The position numbers and the translations under genes were made by a program. Below, one piece after another: positions 9,534 to 19,985 of a stretch of DNA of 64,000 bases. Origin of the DNA: Candidatus Zhuqueibacterota bacterium (GTDB lineage Bacteria; SM23-31); contig JBHPLC010000007.1 in the NCBI GenBank assembly GCA_042564455.1, positions 10 to 64,009 on the forward strand, given 5' to 3'. The notes below the pieces were generated by a model. It ran no database searches and was not told the origin of the DNA. It was given only the letters and a program-made list of their open reading frames with translations. Position 1 is the first letter of the stretch; the number at the start of each line of letters is the position of its first letter.

Positions 9534-10682
9534 TTTGTATTACTGATATTCACCGCTTTTCTTTTCAATTGTTCAGATGAAACACAGAACACCAATACTG
9601 TCGAAGAGGTCGACGGAGTCCGGTTCGTTCACAACACCGGCCCGCTCTGGGGAGATGAACCCAAAGTGGGACTGGAATTCGTCCGGCAGATAGGTGACCT
9701 GGAGACCACGGACGAGAATTTGATGTTTGGCTCTGCTTCTGATATCGAAAAAGACAGTAATGGTAATCTTTATATACCGGCTGGGAACGCTCAAATAAGG
9801 ATCTTTGACAGAGATCTTAAATATTTAAGATCATTTGGAAGAAGAGGTGAAGGGCCAGGTGAGTTTGGCGGGATTTCTAAAATTATTTTCAGTGAGAAAG
9901 GCCGTATTTTTGTTGCGGATTTTTGGTATAGACAACTACATATATTTGACAAAGACCGGAAATTCATCAAAAGGACACCTATTATCCATCGTGCTGAAAT
10001 TGCCCGGGCTGATTCTAAAGGAAATTTAGTGTTACAAAGATTCGGAGCGTACGAATTAGGCGACTTATTTAGAGGATCATCTTTGCCGGAAGAAATTGCA
10101 TTATTATATGAAGTTGATGAGAATGGCGGATTTGTCAGGGATTTATGTAATATGAAAATACCGGAAAACCAATTATATATAAATGCATGGCGTGATCTAA
10201 AATTTGCTCTGGATAGTAAAAATAATATATACATTGTTTACGAAAAATTAGATGCTATTGATAAATTTTCACCTGATGGGAACCTGATCTTAAGATTCGA
10301 CAGGCCTCTTGATTATCCGTATAGTTTCCCCTATGCAGATGATTTTCTCATGAAGGATAGAAAAGGAGTATCGGACGATAATCCGGGCGAATATTATATG
10401 AAACATCTTAATACACCATTAGTATCTATGAACATAGATGTTGACTCAAAGGACAGGATCTGGGTGCTTTCTTTAACCCGGGAATTCAAGAACCGTGTTA
10501 CTATTGATGATCCGGCAAATACAACTGTTTATAAATTCGATATATTCACAAATGAAGGAGTTTATCTCGGCTCGGTACCGATTTATACAGCCTGCACGAA
10601 TTTGAGAATTTTTGACGATACACTGTTTATAATGAATTACGAAGAAGCATGTTTCTACGAATACCGTATTGTTGAAAAATAA
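9519..10682 (+). CDS. Six-bladed beta-propeller (NHL-like) lipoprotein
   Basis: TTG start with GGAGG SD; lipobox FNC; GRRGEGPGEF signature; DSxGN blade repeats. Confidence 0.85.
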   Translation: MRTRLFVLLIFTAFLFNCSDETQNTNTVEEVDGVRFVHNTGPLWGDEPKVGLEFVRQIGDLETTDENLMFGSASDIEKDSNGNLYIPAGNAQIRIFDRDLKYLRSFGRRGEGPGEFGGISKIIFSEKGRIFVADFWYRQLHIFDKDRKFIKRTPIIHRAEIARADSKGNLVLQRFGAYELGDLFRGSSLPEEIALLYEVDENGGFVRDLCNMKIPENQLYINAWRDLKFALDSKNNIYIVYEKLDAIDKFSPDGNLILRFDRPLDYPYSFPYADDFLMKDRKGVSDDNPGEYYMKHLNTPLVSMNIDVDSKDRIWVLSLTREFKNRVTIDDPANTTVYKFDIFTNEGVYLGSVPIYTACTNLRIFDDTLFIMNYEEACFYEYRIVEK

Positions 10683-10696
10683 CCTCGGAGGATAAA

Positions 10697-13048
10697 TTGA
10701 ATACCCGTCTGATTTTAATACTGTTAATATCAATATTCATTTTTTCAAACCTCTATGCCCAGACAGCGCAGGATTATTTTCTACAGGGTATTGAACTGAA
10801 GGAGCAGGGTAAGATAGACGAAGCGATAGAGGTGCTGAAAAAAGCTATAGAGAAGGACAAAAAATTTGCCGAGGCGCATTTCCAGCTTGGGCTGGTTTAC
10901 CAGCAGAAGGGCACCGGTGCATCACTGAAAAGAGCCGAGGAGTCGGTACTTGATGCCCGCAGGACAGGTTATGACGAACTGACCTGCCTCATCCGGCTTG
11001 CCCTGATCTATGAAGATCCCCGGGGTGACCGTGGTCCGGGATACTCAAAGTCCACATGGGAGAAGATAAATGAAATCAGCTCGGATAACATAGAAGCTCT
11101 TGCTGCTCTGGCAAGGTTTCATGCAAGGGATTCAGAAAGAATCAGACATGCAGTAAATTATAATATAGACCAGATAATTGCAGAAATTAAAATTGAAGAA
11201 GAAGAGAAAGGTGGTACACCATTTCTACCAGATATTATGATATTTGATAAAGGTTCAAAACTGTTTTTAATGTATCCGCATTTATGGGATGATAATATGA
11301 TCGAATATCTGCAGAAATCCACAGGTTCATTCTTCACTCCTAATAGTATCAGAAATTTTTTGGAATTATACGGTATTGGTGAGATAAGAAAGAATGTGTT
11401 TACTACGGAAAAGGATTCGTTAAGTATATATTATAATAAAAAAATATTGGATATTGATCCCAAGAACAGGGATGCATTGTACAGGATAGGGCTGATCTTT
11501 TTTAACCAGGGTAACTTCACTGAATTTGCAGAGATCTTCGAAGAATTAATAAATGAACATCCGGATGATAAGGACGGCAATCTATTCCTGGGACTGGCTT
11601 ATTTCAGGCTGAAGGATTATGACCTTGCTTTCGAATATTTTGATTACGCAAAAGTTATCATGGATGATGAGGAATTAAAAGTATTCTCAAATACAGGATA
11701 CTTAAAGGAAGGCGGTCTGGACGAAGAAAATATTCAGATATCCGATCCGGAAACCGATAATTTCTGGAAGAGCCGTGATCCGCTGTATCTTTCCGAGTTT
11801 AATGAAAGGGAAATGGAGCATTACTGCAGGGTAGCCGAAGCGAACCTGCGCTTTTCTGTTCCGGGAAAAGACATTCAAGGCTGGAAGACGGACAGGGGCA
11901 AGATCCTGATAAAATACGGCAATCCGGATAAGAAAAAGAATTTTGCTAATAGTGACATATTGGATATTGATAGTTTAGGAAAATTTCGAAAATATTTCTT
12001 TGATAAATATGAAATCGTGGTACAAACGGATTTCGACCGTGATTATAGAAAACATGACTATTGGTATTATCCTGACTTTACATTTATGTTCGAAGCAGGT
12101 GCTTTCGATGAGAAAAATGATTACAAGCTTGGGGGAATGACTGGGCTGAACTTCGAAGAGATCGCTCATGAGGTTGAAAAAGATTATCCTGAATTATATG
12201 AATATAAGCCTAAAGGCTTATTCATAGATTTTCCATATGATCATGCTTCTTTCAGGGGCGAGGAAGGTAAAACACAGCTTGAGTTCTACTTTGGCATTCC
12301 GGTAAACAGGATCGTGTTTGATAAATTTGATGAGGTTTACAGTGGCGCCTGCCGAACGGGTGTGTTCCTGCATGATCTCGAATGGAACGCTGTAATCGAA
12401 GACATTCAGGAACAGAACCTGGAGGCGGAAGTCTCGAAAATCGACACTTCATCCGATGCTATTCTTACCGGCGGTTACAGTTACCTGATCGATCCGGGAG
12501 AGTATTTCTGCTCCGTTGAGATGCAGGATATTTATTCAGATAACACCGGATTTTACAAGGATACTCTTAGTGTTGAAAAATTTGGTTTTGAGGAACTCCA
12601 GATCAGCGATATCCTGCTTGCAGGAGGTATCAGCCAGAAAGAGCAGGGGCAGCCGGTAACAAGGTCGAACCTGGAGTTCACCCTGAATCCCCGACGGTTT
12701 TACCGTACCGGTGAACCTATCTTTATCTATTATGAAATTTATAATCTCTTCATTGAGGGCGCCCTGGGAAACAACAATTTTACCGTTGAGTATTCCATCC
12801 AATTCGCCGGTGAGGAAAAATACTCCGTAACAGAGGCAATAAAAAGCCTTTTCGTTAATGAGCAGTTATATAAAGATATAACAACAGAATTCACCAACCG
12901 CGGAACCGGACAGTCGGAGAACATGTACCTGCGCATCGACCATGACCTCGACAAATCCGGTCCCTACAGCCTGACACTAAAGATCACCGACAACCTCTCC
13001 GGCAAAACAACGGAAAGATCAATCCTGTTCCGGCTGTTTGAAAAGTAG
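10697..13048 (+). CDS. Secreted TPR- and GWxTD-domain protein
   Basis: Signal peptide, TPR helices (AEAHFQLGLVY, DALYRIGLIF), FWKSRDP...EHYCRVAEAN...GWKTDRGKILIKYGNPD. Confidence 0.9.
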   Translation: MNTRLILILLISIFIFSNLYAQTAQDYFLQGIELKEQGKIDEAIEVLKKAIEKDKKFAEAHFQLGLVYQQKGTGASLKRAEESVLDARRTGYDELTCLIRLALIYEDPRGDRGPGYSKSTWEKINEISSDNIEALAALARFHARDSERIRHAVNYNIDQIIAEIKIEEEEKGGTPFLPDIMIFDKGSKLFLMYPHLWDDNMIEYLQKSTGSFFTPNSIRNFLELYGIGEIRKNVFTTEKDSLSIYYNKKILDIDPKNRDALYRIGLIFFNQGNFTEFAEIFEELINEHPDDKDGNLFLGLAYFRLKDYDLAFEYFDYAKVIMDDEELKVFSNTGYLKEGGLDEENIQISDPETDNFWKSRDPLYLSEFNEREMEHYCRVAEANLRFSVPGKDIQGWKTDRGKILIKYGNPDKKKNFANSDILDIDSLGKFRKYFFDKYEIVVQTDFDRDYRKHDYWYYPDFTFMFEAGAFDEKNDYKLGGMTGLNFEEIAHEVEKDYPELYEYKPKGLFIDFPYDHASFRGEEGKTQLEFYFGIPVNRIVFDKFDEVYSGACRTGVFLHDLEWNAVIEDIQEQNLEAEVSKIDTSSDAILTGGYSYLIDPGEYFCSVEMQDIYSDNTGFYKDTLSVEKFGFEELQISDILLAGGISQKEQGQPVTRSNLEFTLNPRRFYRTGEPIFIYYEIYNLFIEGALGNNNFTVEYSIQFAGEEKYSVTEAIKSLFVNEQLYKDITTEFTNRGTGQSENMYLRIDHDLDKSGPYSLTLKITDNLSGKTTERSILFRLFEK

Positions 13049-13094
13049 TATAAAAATGTATCAGTTATAAAACGGTAAGTGATCATTTCTTAGA

Positions 13095-13508
13095 TTATGC
13101 TTTTTCAAATATTATGTCCTGGGCTCCCTGCCAGAGAACCAATTCACCTAAAGCTTTAAGATTCTCAAAACCTTCTGTAATAGTCAGAAAATGATTCCCG
13201 GTTAATTGTCCTGATTTGCAGTTGAAAGATGTGCTTCCGTATGGAAAAAGTATCTCTGTTTCACTGATACCACCGGGATACAAAAGGATTTCACCCTTTG
13301 AAGGAAATGCAGTTTGATTTTCATAACTCAGATCCAGATCGAGGTCTCCCAATGGAATCCATGCCGATTCGCCGCTCCACCGGGCCTGAATGATCTTGTT
13401 CTTAAACGGCAGCAGTTCTTCAAAAACTCTGCATGTTTCAGGAGCCTTTTCTGTTTCCATTAACGCTTTAAAATTATAAGGGCCTGCAGAAATATTTAAT
13501 AGAGTCAT
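13095..13508 (-). CDS. DUF3830 family (cyclophilin-like) protein
   Basis: APETCRVF..LPF, IQARWSGESAWIP, GEILLYPGGISETEIL, GNHFLTI. Confidence 0.85.
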   Translation of the reverse strand: MTLLNISAGPYNFKALMETEKAPETCRVFEELLPFKNKIIQARWSGESAWIPLGDLDLDLSYENQTAFPSKGEILLYPGGISETEILFPYGSTSFNCKSGQLTGNHFLTITEGFENLKALGELVLWQGAQDIIFEKA

Positions 13509-13866
13509 TAGTAGCTCATTTCCTGTTACTTAATTTTTTATGTAGATTTTTTAGATTAGACCGGTATATCTTATTTGATAATAAGCTGTCAATACAGTAA
13601 TAAAAAATTACAGATAAGCACAGGAAATGTCAAGCCGTTTTTATTTCATATTGAATGTATTATGAAAATATCCCATTTGTCCGATACATAATATTCTTAC
13701 CTTATATTATATATTGATATTATCAATACTACTTTATATAATTGTAAATGATTATTTTTTCTTGATTTTTTAATGATTATCAAATACCTTGCATTTACCA
13801 GCCCTAAGGAAACCTCTTGATAAAATATTGTATTACTACAGTATGTGTATAGCTTCTATATAATTT

Positions 13867-16305
13867 ATGACAGTTTTCGGGAGTGCCTTGAGTAAAAATA
13901 TATCAAAAGAAAACCTTCTTCAAGAGCGTAGAGAATTAAAAGAGAAGATCAGGATACTGGAAGAATCTGAAGCCAAGTACCGCGACCTGTTTGAAAACTC
14001 TCTGGAAGGTATCAGTATTTCAAAAGGAACAAAATTTATTTCCGCAAACAAATCTCTTTTGATGGCTATGGGGTATAAATCCTTCGAGGACTTTGCAAAA
14101 CACGATGGCATGGAGCACGTTGCACCGGAAAGCATTGAATTGATCAAAGAACGGTTCAAAAAAGAGAAAAAAGGAGAGAAAGTTGATCCCGAATATGAAA
14201 TCAAGGTGATCAGAAAAGACGGTGAAGTAAGAGATGTCGAAATTAAAGTAGGTAAAGTAAATATAAGAAATGAAAAGTTTATCCAGAGTACTTACAGGGA
14301 TATAACAAACAGAAAAAGGATTGAAGAAGCGCTCAGGGATTCCGAAAAGACCCTGAACTCAATAATAAGTACCATTCCCGATGTTATTTATCGGCTTGAC
14401 AGTAATGGTAAGATCATATTTATCAGCAGTTCAGTTAAAAGTTACGGATATACTCCAAAAGAACTTATTGGCAGAAATATACTTGAGATTGTCCATCCTG
14501 ATGATAAGGAAAAAGCGCAGAACAGGATAAACGAAAGAAGATCCGGGAAACGAAGTACAAAATCTCTCGAAGTCAGAATTTTAACTAAACAGAAAAAAGT
14601 AATTCCGTTCGAAGTGAAATCAAGAAATATCGAAAACTGCAGTTTCTTTTCCATCAATGCCGAAGGAATATATTCATCCGAACCTGCCGAAGGCGGCAAA
14701 TTTATCTGTACACAGGGGATTGCAAGGGATGTGTCCGAACAGCGTAAAGCACAGAGTCTGCTTGTAGAAAGTGAAGAAAAATACCGCAGCGTGGTCGAAC
14801 GGGCCAATGACGGGTTTGCTATTATTCAGGACGGTATACTGAAATATGTCAATAAAAGACTCTCCGAGATAGGAGGTTACCCGGTTAAGGCTTACATAGG
14901 TAACAGATTTGATCAGTTCATTCATCCGGACGATAAACCGAAATTAACTGCCTATTACAAGAACAGAATGAGTTTTTATGAGCAGAGGGATAAAGAGAAC
15001 AGACCGCCTGCCCTTTATGAAGCAAAATTTGTTCACAAAGATGGAAAAGTGGTCTATGCGGAAGTTAACTCGGGATTAATAAATTTCGAAGGAAAACCTG
15101 CCGACCTGGTGATTATCCGTGATATCACCGAAAGAAAGTTTGCAGAAGAAGATCGTAAAAAGCTTGAAACACATCTATTTCAATTGCAGAAAATGGAATC
15201 AATAGGCAGGCTGGCAGGAGGTATCGCCCATGATTTCGGTAACATACTTACGGTTATCATGGGATATGCAGACCTGCTCAGAATAAAATTCGGCGATATT
15301 GATACTCCCGAAGGGAAAGCAATAAACAGTGTGCTGAAAAATGCCCGCAGGTCGAAGGCACTTGTCAGTCAGCTTCTGGGTTTTGCAAGAAAAGGTAAAC
15401 ATGATCCCGTACCGCTGAATATTAACAATGTTATCAAGGAGACTCTTTCAGTATCGGAAAAAATATTCGAGAAAAAGATAAACGTCCAGCTTAAACTCGA
15501 CGAAAATATAAAAGTTGTCCGGGCAGACAAGAACCAGCTTGATCAGGTACTGACCAATATAAGTATCAATGCAAAAGATGCCATGCCCGATGGCGGTGAC
15601 CTGAAATTTAAAACTGAAAATGTCTTTCTCGATGAAAAGTTTATCCAGAGGAATCCTGATCTGACTGAGGGAGATTATGTAAAATTAACAATTTCAGACA
15701 GCGGTTCAGGAATGACCAAAGAGGTGAAAGAGAATATATTTGAACCATTTTTCACTACAAAAGAAGTTGGTAAAGGAACCGGCCTCGGTCTTGCAACTGT
15801 CTATGGAATTATAAAGAATCATAAGGGGCATATTACTGTCGACAGCTTGCCCGGTAAAGGGACCACATTTGATATTTTTCTGCCTGTATTGGAAGAAAAA
15901 GTTGTAAAAGAAAAGGATGAAGACAAAGTTTTTACCGGTTCAGGTAAAATTCTTGTCGTTGATGACGAAGAAGATATTCTTGAATTGATCATCCAGCAGC
16001 TGGACATGCTTGGTTACAGCTATGTTACCGCTTCTAACGGTAAAGAAGCAGTGGATGTCTACAAAAAAAGAGGCAGTGAAATAGATATCGTCCTGCTTGA
16101 TATAATTATGCCGAAAATGTCAGGAGAAGAAGCATTTAAAGAGATAACTGCCGTCAACAAGAATGCTAAAATACTCCTGATGAGCGGTTACAACCGGGGC
16201 GGAGTGGAAGATTCACTTATTCAGAAGGGAGCTGCTGGCTTTATCCAGAAACCATTTGAATTACATGAGATATCAAAGATAATAAAAGATATATTGACTA
16301 ATTAA
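13867..16305 (+). CDS. Multi-PAS hybrid sensor histidine kinase with receiver domain (CckA-like)
   Basis: Three PAS/PAC repeats, [12 protein letters not shown]-box, [15 protein letters not shown]-terminal receiver (VVDDE, LLDIIMP, QKPF). Confidence 0.95.
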   Translation: MTVFGSALSKNISKENLLQERRELKEKIRILEESEAKYRDLFENSLEGISISKGTKFISANKSLLMAMGYKSFEDFAKHDGMEHVAPESIELIKERFKKEKKGEKVDPEYEIKVIRKDGEVRDVEIKVGKVNIRNEKFIQSTYRDITNRKRIEEALRDSEKTLNSIISTIPDVIYRLDSNGKIIFISSSVKSYGYTPKELIGRNILEIVHPDDKEKAQNRINERRSGKRSTKSLEVRILTKQKKVIPFEVKSRNIENCSFFSINAEGIYSSEPAEGGKFICTQGIARDVSEQRKAQSLLVESEEKYRSVVERANDGFAIIQDGILKYVNKRLSEIGGYPVKAYIGNRFDQFIHPDDKPKLTAYYKNRMSFYEQRDKENRPPALYEAKFVHKDGKVVYAEVNSGLINFEGKPADLVIIRDITERKFAEEDRKKLETHLFQLQKMESIGRLAGGIAHDFGNILTVIMGYADLLRIKFGDIDTPEGKAINSVLKNARRSKALVSQLLGFARKGKHDPVPLNINNVIKETLSVSEKIFEKKINVQLKLDENIKVVRADKNQLDQVLTNISINAKDAMPDGGDLKFKTENVFLDEKFIQRNPDLTEGDYVKLTISDSGSGMTKEVKENIFEPFFTTKEVGKGTGLGLATVYGIIKNHKGHITVDSLPGKGTTFDIFLPVLEEKVVKEKDEDKVFTGSGKILVVDDEEDILELIIQQLDMLGYSYVTASNGKEAVDVYKKRGSEIDIVLLDIIMPKMSGEEAFKEITAVNKNAKILLMSGYNRGGVEDSLIQKGAAGFIQKPFELHEISKIIKDILTN

Positions 16306-16323
16306 TAAAAAGAACTTCAAAAA

Positions 16324-17016
16324 ATGAATGAACTTATAGCGGTATTAGATGATGAGCCCGAAGTACTGGAGCTTATTGAAATCCATCTTAAACAGGCATT
16401 CTATAACGTTGAGGTCTTTGAGAAAGCCGCACGTTTTCTGGATTTTATTAAAGAGAATAAACCCGATCTGATAATCCTTGATCTGATTATGCCGGATGCC
16501 GACGGCCTCGAGATCTGTAAATTCATTAAGAGTTACCCTGATTTATCCGATGTTCCGGTGATCATACTCACATCAAAAAGCGATGAACCGGACAGGATCC
16601 TCGGGCTCGAACTTGGTGCGGATGATTATGTTACAAAACCATTCTTCCCTAAGGAACTGGCAGCACGTGTAAAAACCGTACTGAGGCGCACAAAACCCGG
16701 CAAAAAAGAGAGAATCGAAAAATTCACGATCGGGGAAAAAATCGAAATCGATCCGCAAACATATATTGTTACTGTAGAAGGCAAAAAGATCGATCTTACT
16801 TCAACCGAATTTAAAATACTGGAGCTATTGTCTTCGCATCTCGGCAGAGTTTATTCCCGCGACTATATCCTTGATTACCTCTGGGGCAGTGATAAAATTG
16901 TGATTGACCGGACAGTCGATGTCCACGTAAAAAACCTCAGAAAAAAACTCGGCGAAGCAGGAAAATTCATAAAAAATATCCGTACGGTCGGTTATAAGAT
17001 CGTTCCGGATGAGTAA
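16324..17016 (+). CDS. OmpR/PhoB-family response regulator
   Basis: Receiver (DDE, ILDLIMP, GADDYVTKPF) plus winged helix (LTSTEFKIL, RTVDVHVKNLRKKL). Confidence 0.95.
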   Translation: MNELIAVLDDEPEVLELIEIHLKQAFYNVEVFEKAARFLDFIKENKPDLIILDLIMPDADGLEICKFIKSYPDLSDVPVIILTSKSDEPDRILGLELGADDYVTKPFFPKELAARVKTVLRRTKPGKKERIEKFTIGEKIEIDPQTYIVTVEGKKIDLTSTEFKILELLSSHLGRVYSRDYILDYLWGSDKIVIDRTVDVHVKNLRKKLGEAGKFIKNIRTVGYKIVPDE

Positions 17017-17128
17017 CATACCCACTTTTCCTTCTTTTTAACCTGTATTTCCACAGAACATTTCATCCATCAGTACCCATTTAACCGTGATTTATCCGCA
17101 CAATCCTCATTTTCAAAAAAATACAAAA

Positions 17129-17167
17129 TTTACCAAATCTTTACATTTTCTTTATACTCACTTTATA
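17129..17167 (+). promoter_or_regulatory. Four direct repeats at 11-bp spacing (Pho/OmpR-box-like)
   Basis: TTTACC(17129), TTTACA(17140), TTTATA(17151), TTTATA(17162). Confidence 0.7.
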
Positions 17168-17243
17168 TTCTGCCTCTAAATTCCTCATAAAACCTGGATT
17201 TAATGGAAAAAATTTAAGAAATCAATAATTTCAGGAGGCAGAA

Positions 17244-18149
17244 ATGAAAATTTTAATTAAGATCCTTACAGCAGCAATCGTATTGGTAATCTCTACGAAT
17301 GCTTTTTCACAGTTAACGGGGAATCAGCCGCTTTACGATGAGCCGATGGATCCGAGACGTCTTTTTATCATTCCTGTGGCAGATGTCCTTGGGCCGCTTG
17401 AAATTAATACCGGCGGCGGAACGATCTTTGGTGTCCGTAAAACAGAAAAACGCCCGTTTCTGGGGCATATCAGGTTTGGTCTGGGTGGTGTTGCAGAGAT
17501 CGAAATGAGCACTGTAGGTGTGGTAAATCAGCTGACCGACGGGTCACCGTCAATCCCAACAGCAGCATTCAAGCTGAAATTCCTGCCAGAAGGCAAATAC
17601 TATCCCGCTTTAGCCGGCGCTCTTAGAAGCTCTCTCTGGCACACAGAGGACCGGACTGACGATTTCGGTCAGCTCTGGAAATTCGAAAAAAGAATAGCCA
17701 CGCTTTATTTTGTGGCATCAAAGACCTTCGGAAATATCAGCGTTCATGGCGGACTGAGTATTAATGACCTCAGGATCAGGACAAAAAACGGAAATACCGG
17801 TGAAATGCATTCACCAACTCCGCAGGAAGCAAAGGATAGGGATAAGGATTATTACAACAAGAATATCTTTTCACCGTTTATCGGAATTAATGCGCAGGCA
17901 AACAGCAGAACCTTCCTTATGATGGAGTTCGAGCAGGTTCCGAAATATAAATTCGAAGTCGAAGATCCAGAACTTTCCAAAGAAAATATCAGCAATGAGT
18001 GGATGGTCATCGCAGGCATCAGGTATTTCATATTCAACTGGATGTCGCTTGACACAGGTGTTATGTACAGGGGAGATTATCACGGTATCGGCGATGCTCA
18101 GATCGATGCAGGTGTCGATATCAACCTTCCTTTAACAAGGATTAAATAA
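17244..18149 (+). CDS. Secreted, probable outer-membrane beta-barrel-like protein (YjbH-like)
   Basis: Signal peptide; amphipathic strands (AAFKLKF, LYFVASKTF, FIGINA, AGIRYF); paralog of the 18209 C-terminal domain. Confidence 0.6.
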   Translation: MKILIKILTAAIVLVISTNAFSQLTGNQPLYDEPMDPRRLFIIPVADVLGPLEINTGGGTIFGVRKTEKRPFLGHIRFGLGGVAEIEMSTVGVVNQLTDGSPSIPTAAFKLKFLPEGKYYPALAGALRSSLWHTEDRTDDFGQLWKFEKRIATLYFVASKTFGNISVHGGLSINDLRIRTKNGNTGEMHSPTPQEAKDRDKDYYNKNIFSPFIGINAQANSRTFLMMEFEQVPKYKFEVEDPELSKENISNEWMVIAGIRYFIFNWMSLDTGVMYRGDYHGIGDAQIDAGVDINLPLTRIK

Positions 18150-18208
18150 TTTTGATTCTATTTAGATTTCGATCAGACAAAAATCTAATATAGGATCAGG
18201 AGGCAAAA

Positions 18209-19744
18209 ATGTCACGAGTATATATTTCAATTTTATTAGTTGCCGTCTTCACATTGTTCCAGAACTGCGGAACGATCATGAACGGCACAAAACAGAGAAT
18301 AAGTATCACCAGTCTCCCAAGCGGCGCTGATGTTAATGTTGACGGTATTCAGGTTGGTAAAACGCCGATGTACTATGAAATGAAAAGGAACAAAAACCAT
18401 TTTGTCGCAGTTGGACTGCCCGGACACGCTCCTTATGAGACAATGTTGAAAAAAACCGGAAGCGGATGGTTGTTCGGTAATATTGTTTTCAGCTACGGAG
18501 GCATATTAGGTCTCGGTATCGATCTTATGTCCGGGGGAGTATATAAATTTGAAAAAAACAATATTATAGCAACTCTGGATTCAGATGAGACTTCCGTTAA
18601 GGTGGAACAGAAAATCCCGGCATCTCTGATCTGTCCTGTCTGTTTTTCCTACAACCGGTTCGAGAATAACAGATGTGCTGCCTGTGGCAGTTCGCTGGTT
18701 GACGAAAAGATCAAACTTATAAGTACTGCCGATATTTCAGATGTCGTAAAATTACGTGACGAACAGCAGACTGCAGCGGAAACAAAAACTGCAGCCGGAA
18801 AAATCGCAGCAGTTGATACTGTAAAAACAAAAACTGTAATACCTGTAGCTGTGACTGAAGTGAAAAAAACCGAACCGGAAGAAAAACCGCAGGAGATCAA
18901 ACTGCCCCGCAAACCGTTGTACACTGAACCGATGGACCCGAAAAGACTGTTTGTAATACCGGTCGCCGATGTCCTTGGATCAATGGAGATCAATACCGGA
19001 GGGGGAAGTATATTCGGTGTTGGGAAGACAGATAAAAAACCGTATCTGGGGCATCTCAGGTTGGGTTTAGGTGATATAGCCGAGATCGAAGTCAGTTCGG
19101 TCGGTGTGATAAATCAGCTCTCACAGGGTACACCCTCTATTCCTACAGCAGCATTCAAACTGAAAATACTTAATGAAGGAAAATATAGACCTGCTTTTGC
19201 CGGGGCATTCAGGAATTCCCTCTGGCATTCTGAGAGAATAATCGACTGTAACGATCGTCCATGGAAGTTCGAAAAACGTATAGCATCGCTGTATTTTGTA
19301 GCATCCAAAACATTCAGCAGGATCAAACTGCATTCGGGAATAAGCATAAACGACCTGAGGATCCGCACTTTTGACGGAGGAACAGGTCTGCCGTATTCTC
19401 CCACCGAACAGGAAATTGAAAATTCGGACAAGGACTATTTTAACAAAAATATAGTTAATCCTTTCCTGGGAATTCAGATACATACAGTTCCGCGTACTAT
19501 TCTTATGGTGGAATTTCAGAAGATCGCAAATTACAATTTTGATGTTGAAGATCCAATACTGTCAAAAGATAACATAACATCTGAATGGATGCTGATATCC
19601 GGATTGAGATACTATTTGTTTAACTGGATGTCCCTGGACACAGGTGTAATGTACCGGGGCGATTTTCATGGGATCGGGGATGCCATGATAGATGCGGGAA
19701 TGGACATAAACCTTCCGTTAACAAGGATGTTCACCAATAAGTAA
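18209..19744 (+). CDS. Lipoprotein: PEGA domain + CxxC ribbon + linker + duplicated barrel-like domain
   Basis: QNC lipobox; ITSLPSGADVNVDGIQVGKTP (PEGA); CPVC..CAAC; C-terminal ~270 aa paralogous to 17244..18149. Confidence 0.75.
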   Translation: MSRVYISILLVAVFTLFQNCGTIMNGTKQRISITSLPSGADVNVDGIQVGKTPMYYEMKRNKNHFVAVGLPGHAPYETMLKKTGSGWLFGNIVFSYGGILGLGIDLMSGGVYKFEKNNIIATLDSDETSVKVEQKIPASLICPVCFSYNRFENNRCAACGSSLVDEKIKLISTADISDVVKLRDEQQTAAETKTAAGKIAAVDTVKTKTVIPVAVTEVKKTEPEEKPQEIKLPRKPLYTEPMDPKRLFVIPVADVLGSMEINTGGGSIFGVGKTDKKPYLGHLRLGLGDIAEIEVSSVGVINQLSQGTPSIPTAAFKLKILNEGKYRPAFAGAFRNSLWHSERIIDCNDRPWKFEKRIASLYFVASKTFSRIKLHSGISINDLRIRTFDGGTGLPYSPTEQEIENSDKDYFNKNIVNPFLGIQIHTVPRTILMVEFQKIANYNFDVEDPILSKDNITSEWMLISGLRYYLFNWMSLDTGVMYRGDFHGIGDAMIDAGMDINLPLTRMFTNK

Positions 19745-19823
19745 TCAGGAGAATAATGAAACAATAATTTAAGATCATGCCATATCTCCCCTTGAGGTTG
19801 TACGTTTGTAGTAATGCCTCCTC

Positions 19824-19875
19824 GCAAGCCGCCTTTAGGTCGATCACCCCGCTTGACCATGGCGGCTTGCTGTTT
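19824..19875 (+). terminator. Long-stem hairpin, likely terminator
   Basis: GCAAGCCGCC/GGCGGCTTGC outer stem, GGTCGA/TTGACC inner stem, followed by TGTTT. Confidence 0.6.
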
Positions 19876-19925
19876 ATCTAAGAATAAAATAGTCCATATA
19901 TCTCCCGGTTTCAGGTTGACAAATT

Positions 19926-19979
19926 ATGACAATTTTTTTTAATATTGTCATTGTTTTGAGGTGCATTATATATTATTAT
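19926..19979 (+). promoter_or_regulatory. Operator palindrome and sigma70-like promoter for the candidate ncRNA
   Basis: ATGACAAT-N10-ATTGTCAT (19926-19951) abutting TTGTTT-17-TATTAT (19951-19979). Confidence 0.5.
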
Positions 19980-19985
19980 CCGTAT

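Noticed and set aside
9502-10700. Integron cassette array (TAAC at gene ends)
   Set aside because: No attC-type palindrome ending in GTTRRRY follows the genes and no integrase is visible. Only the shared start module is retained as a finding.
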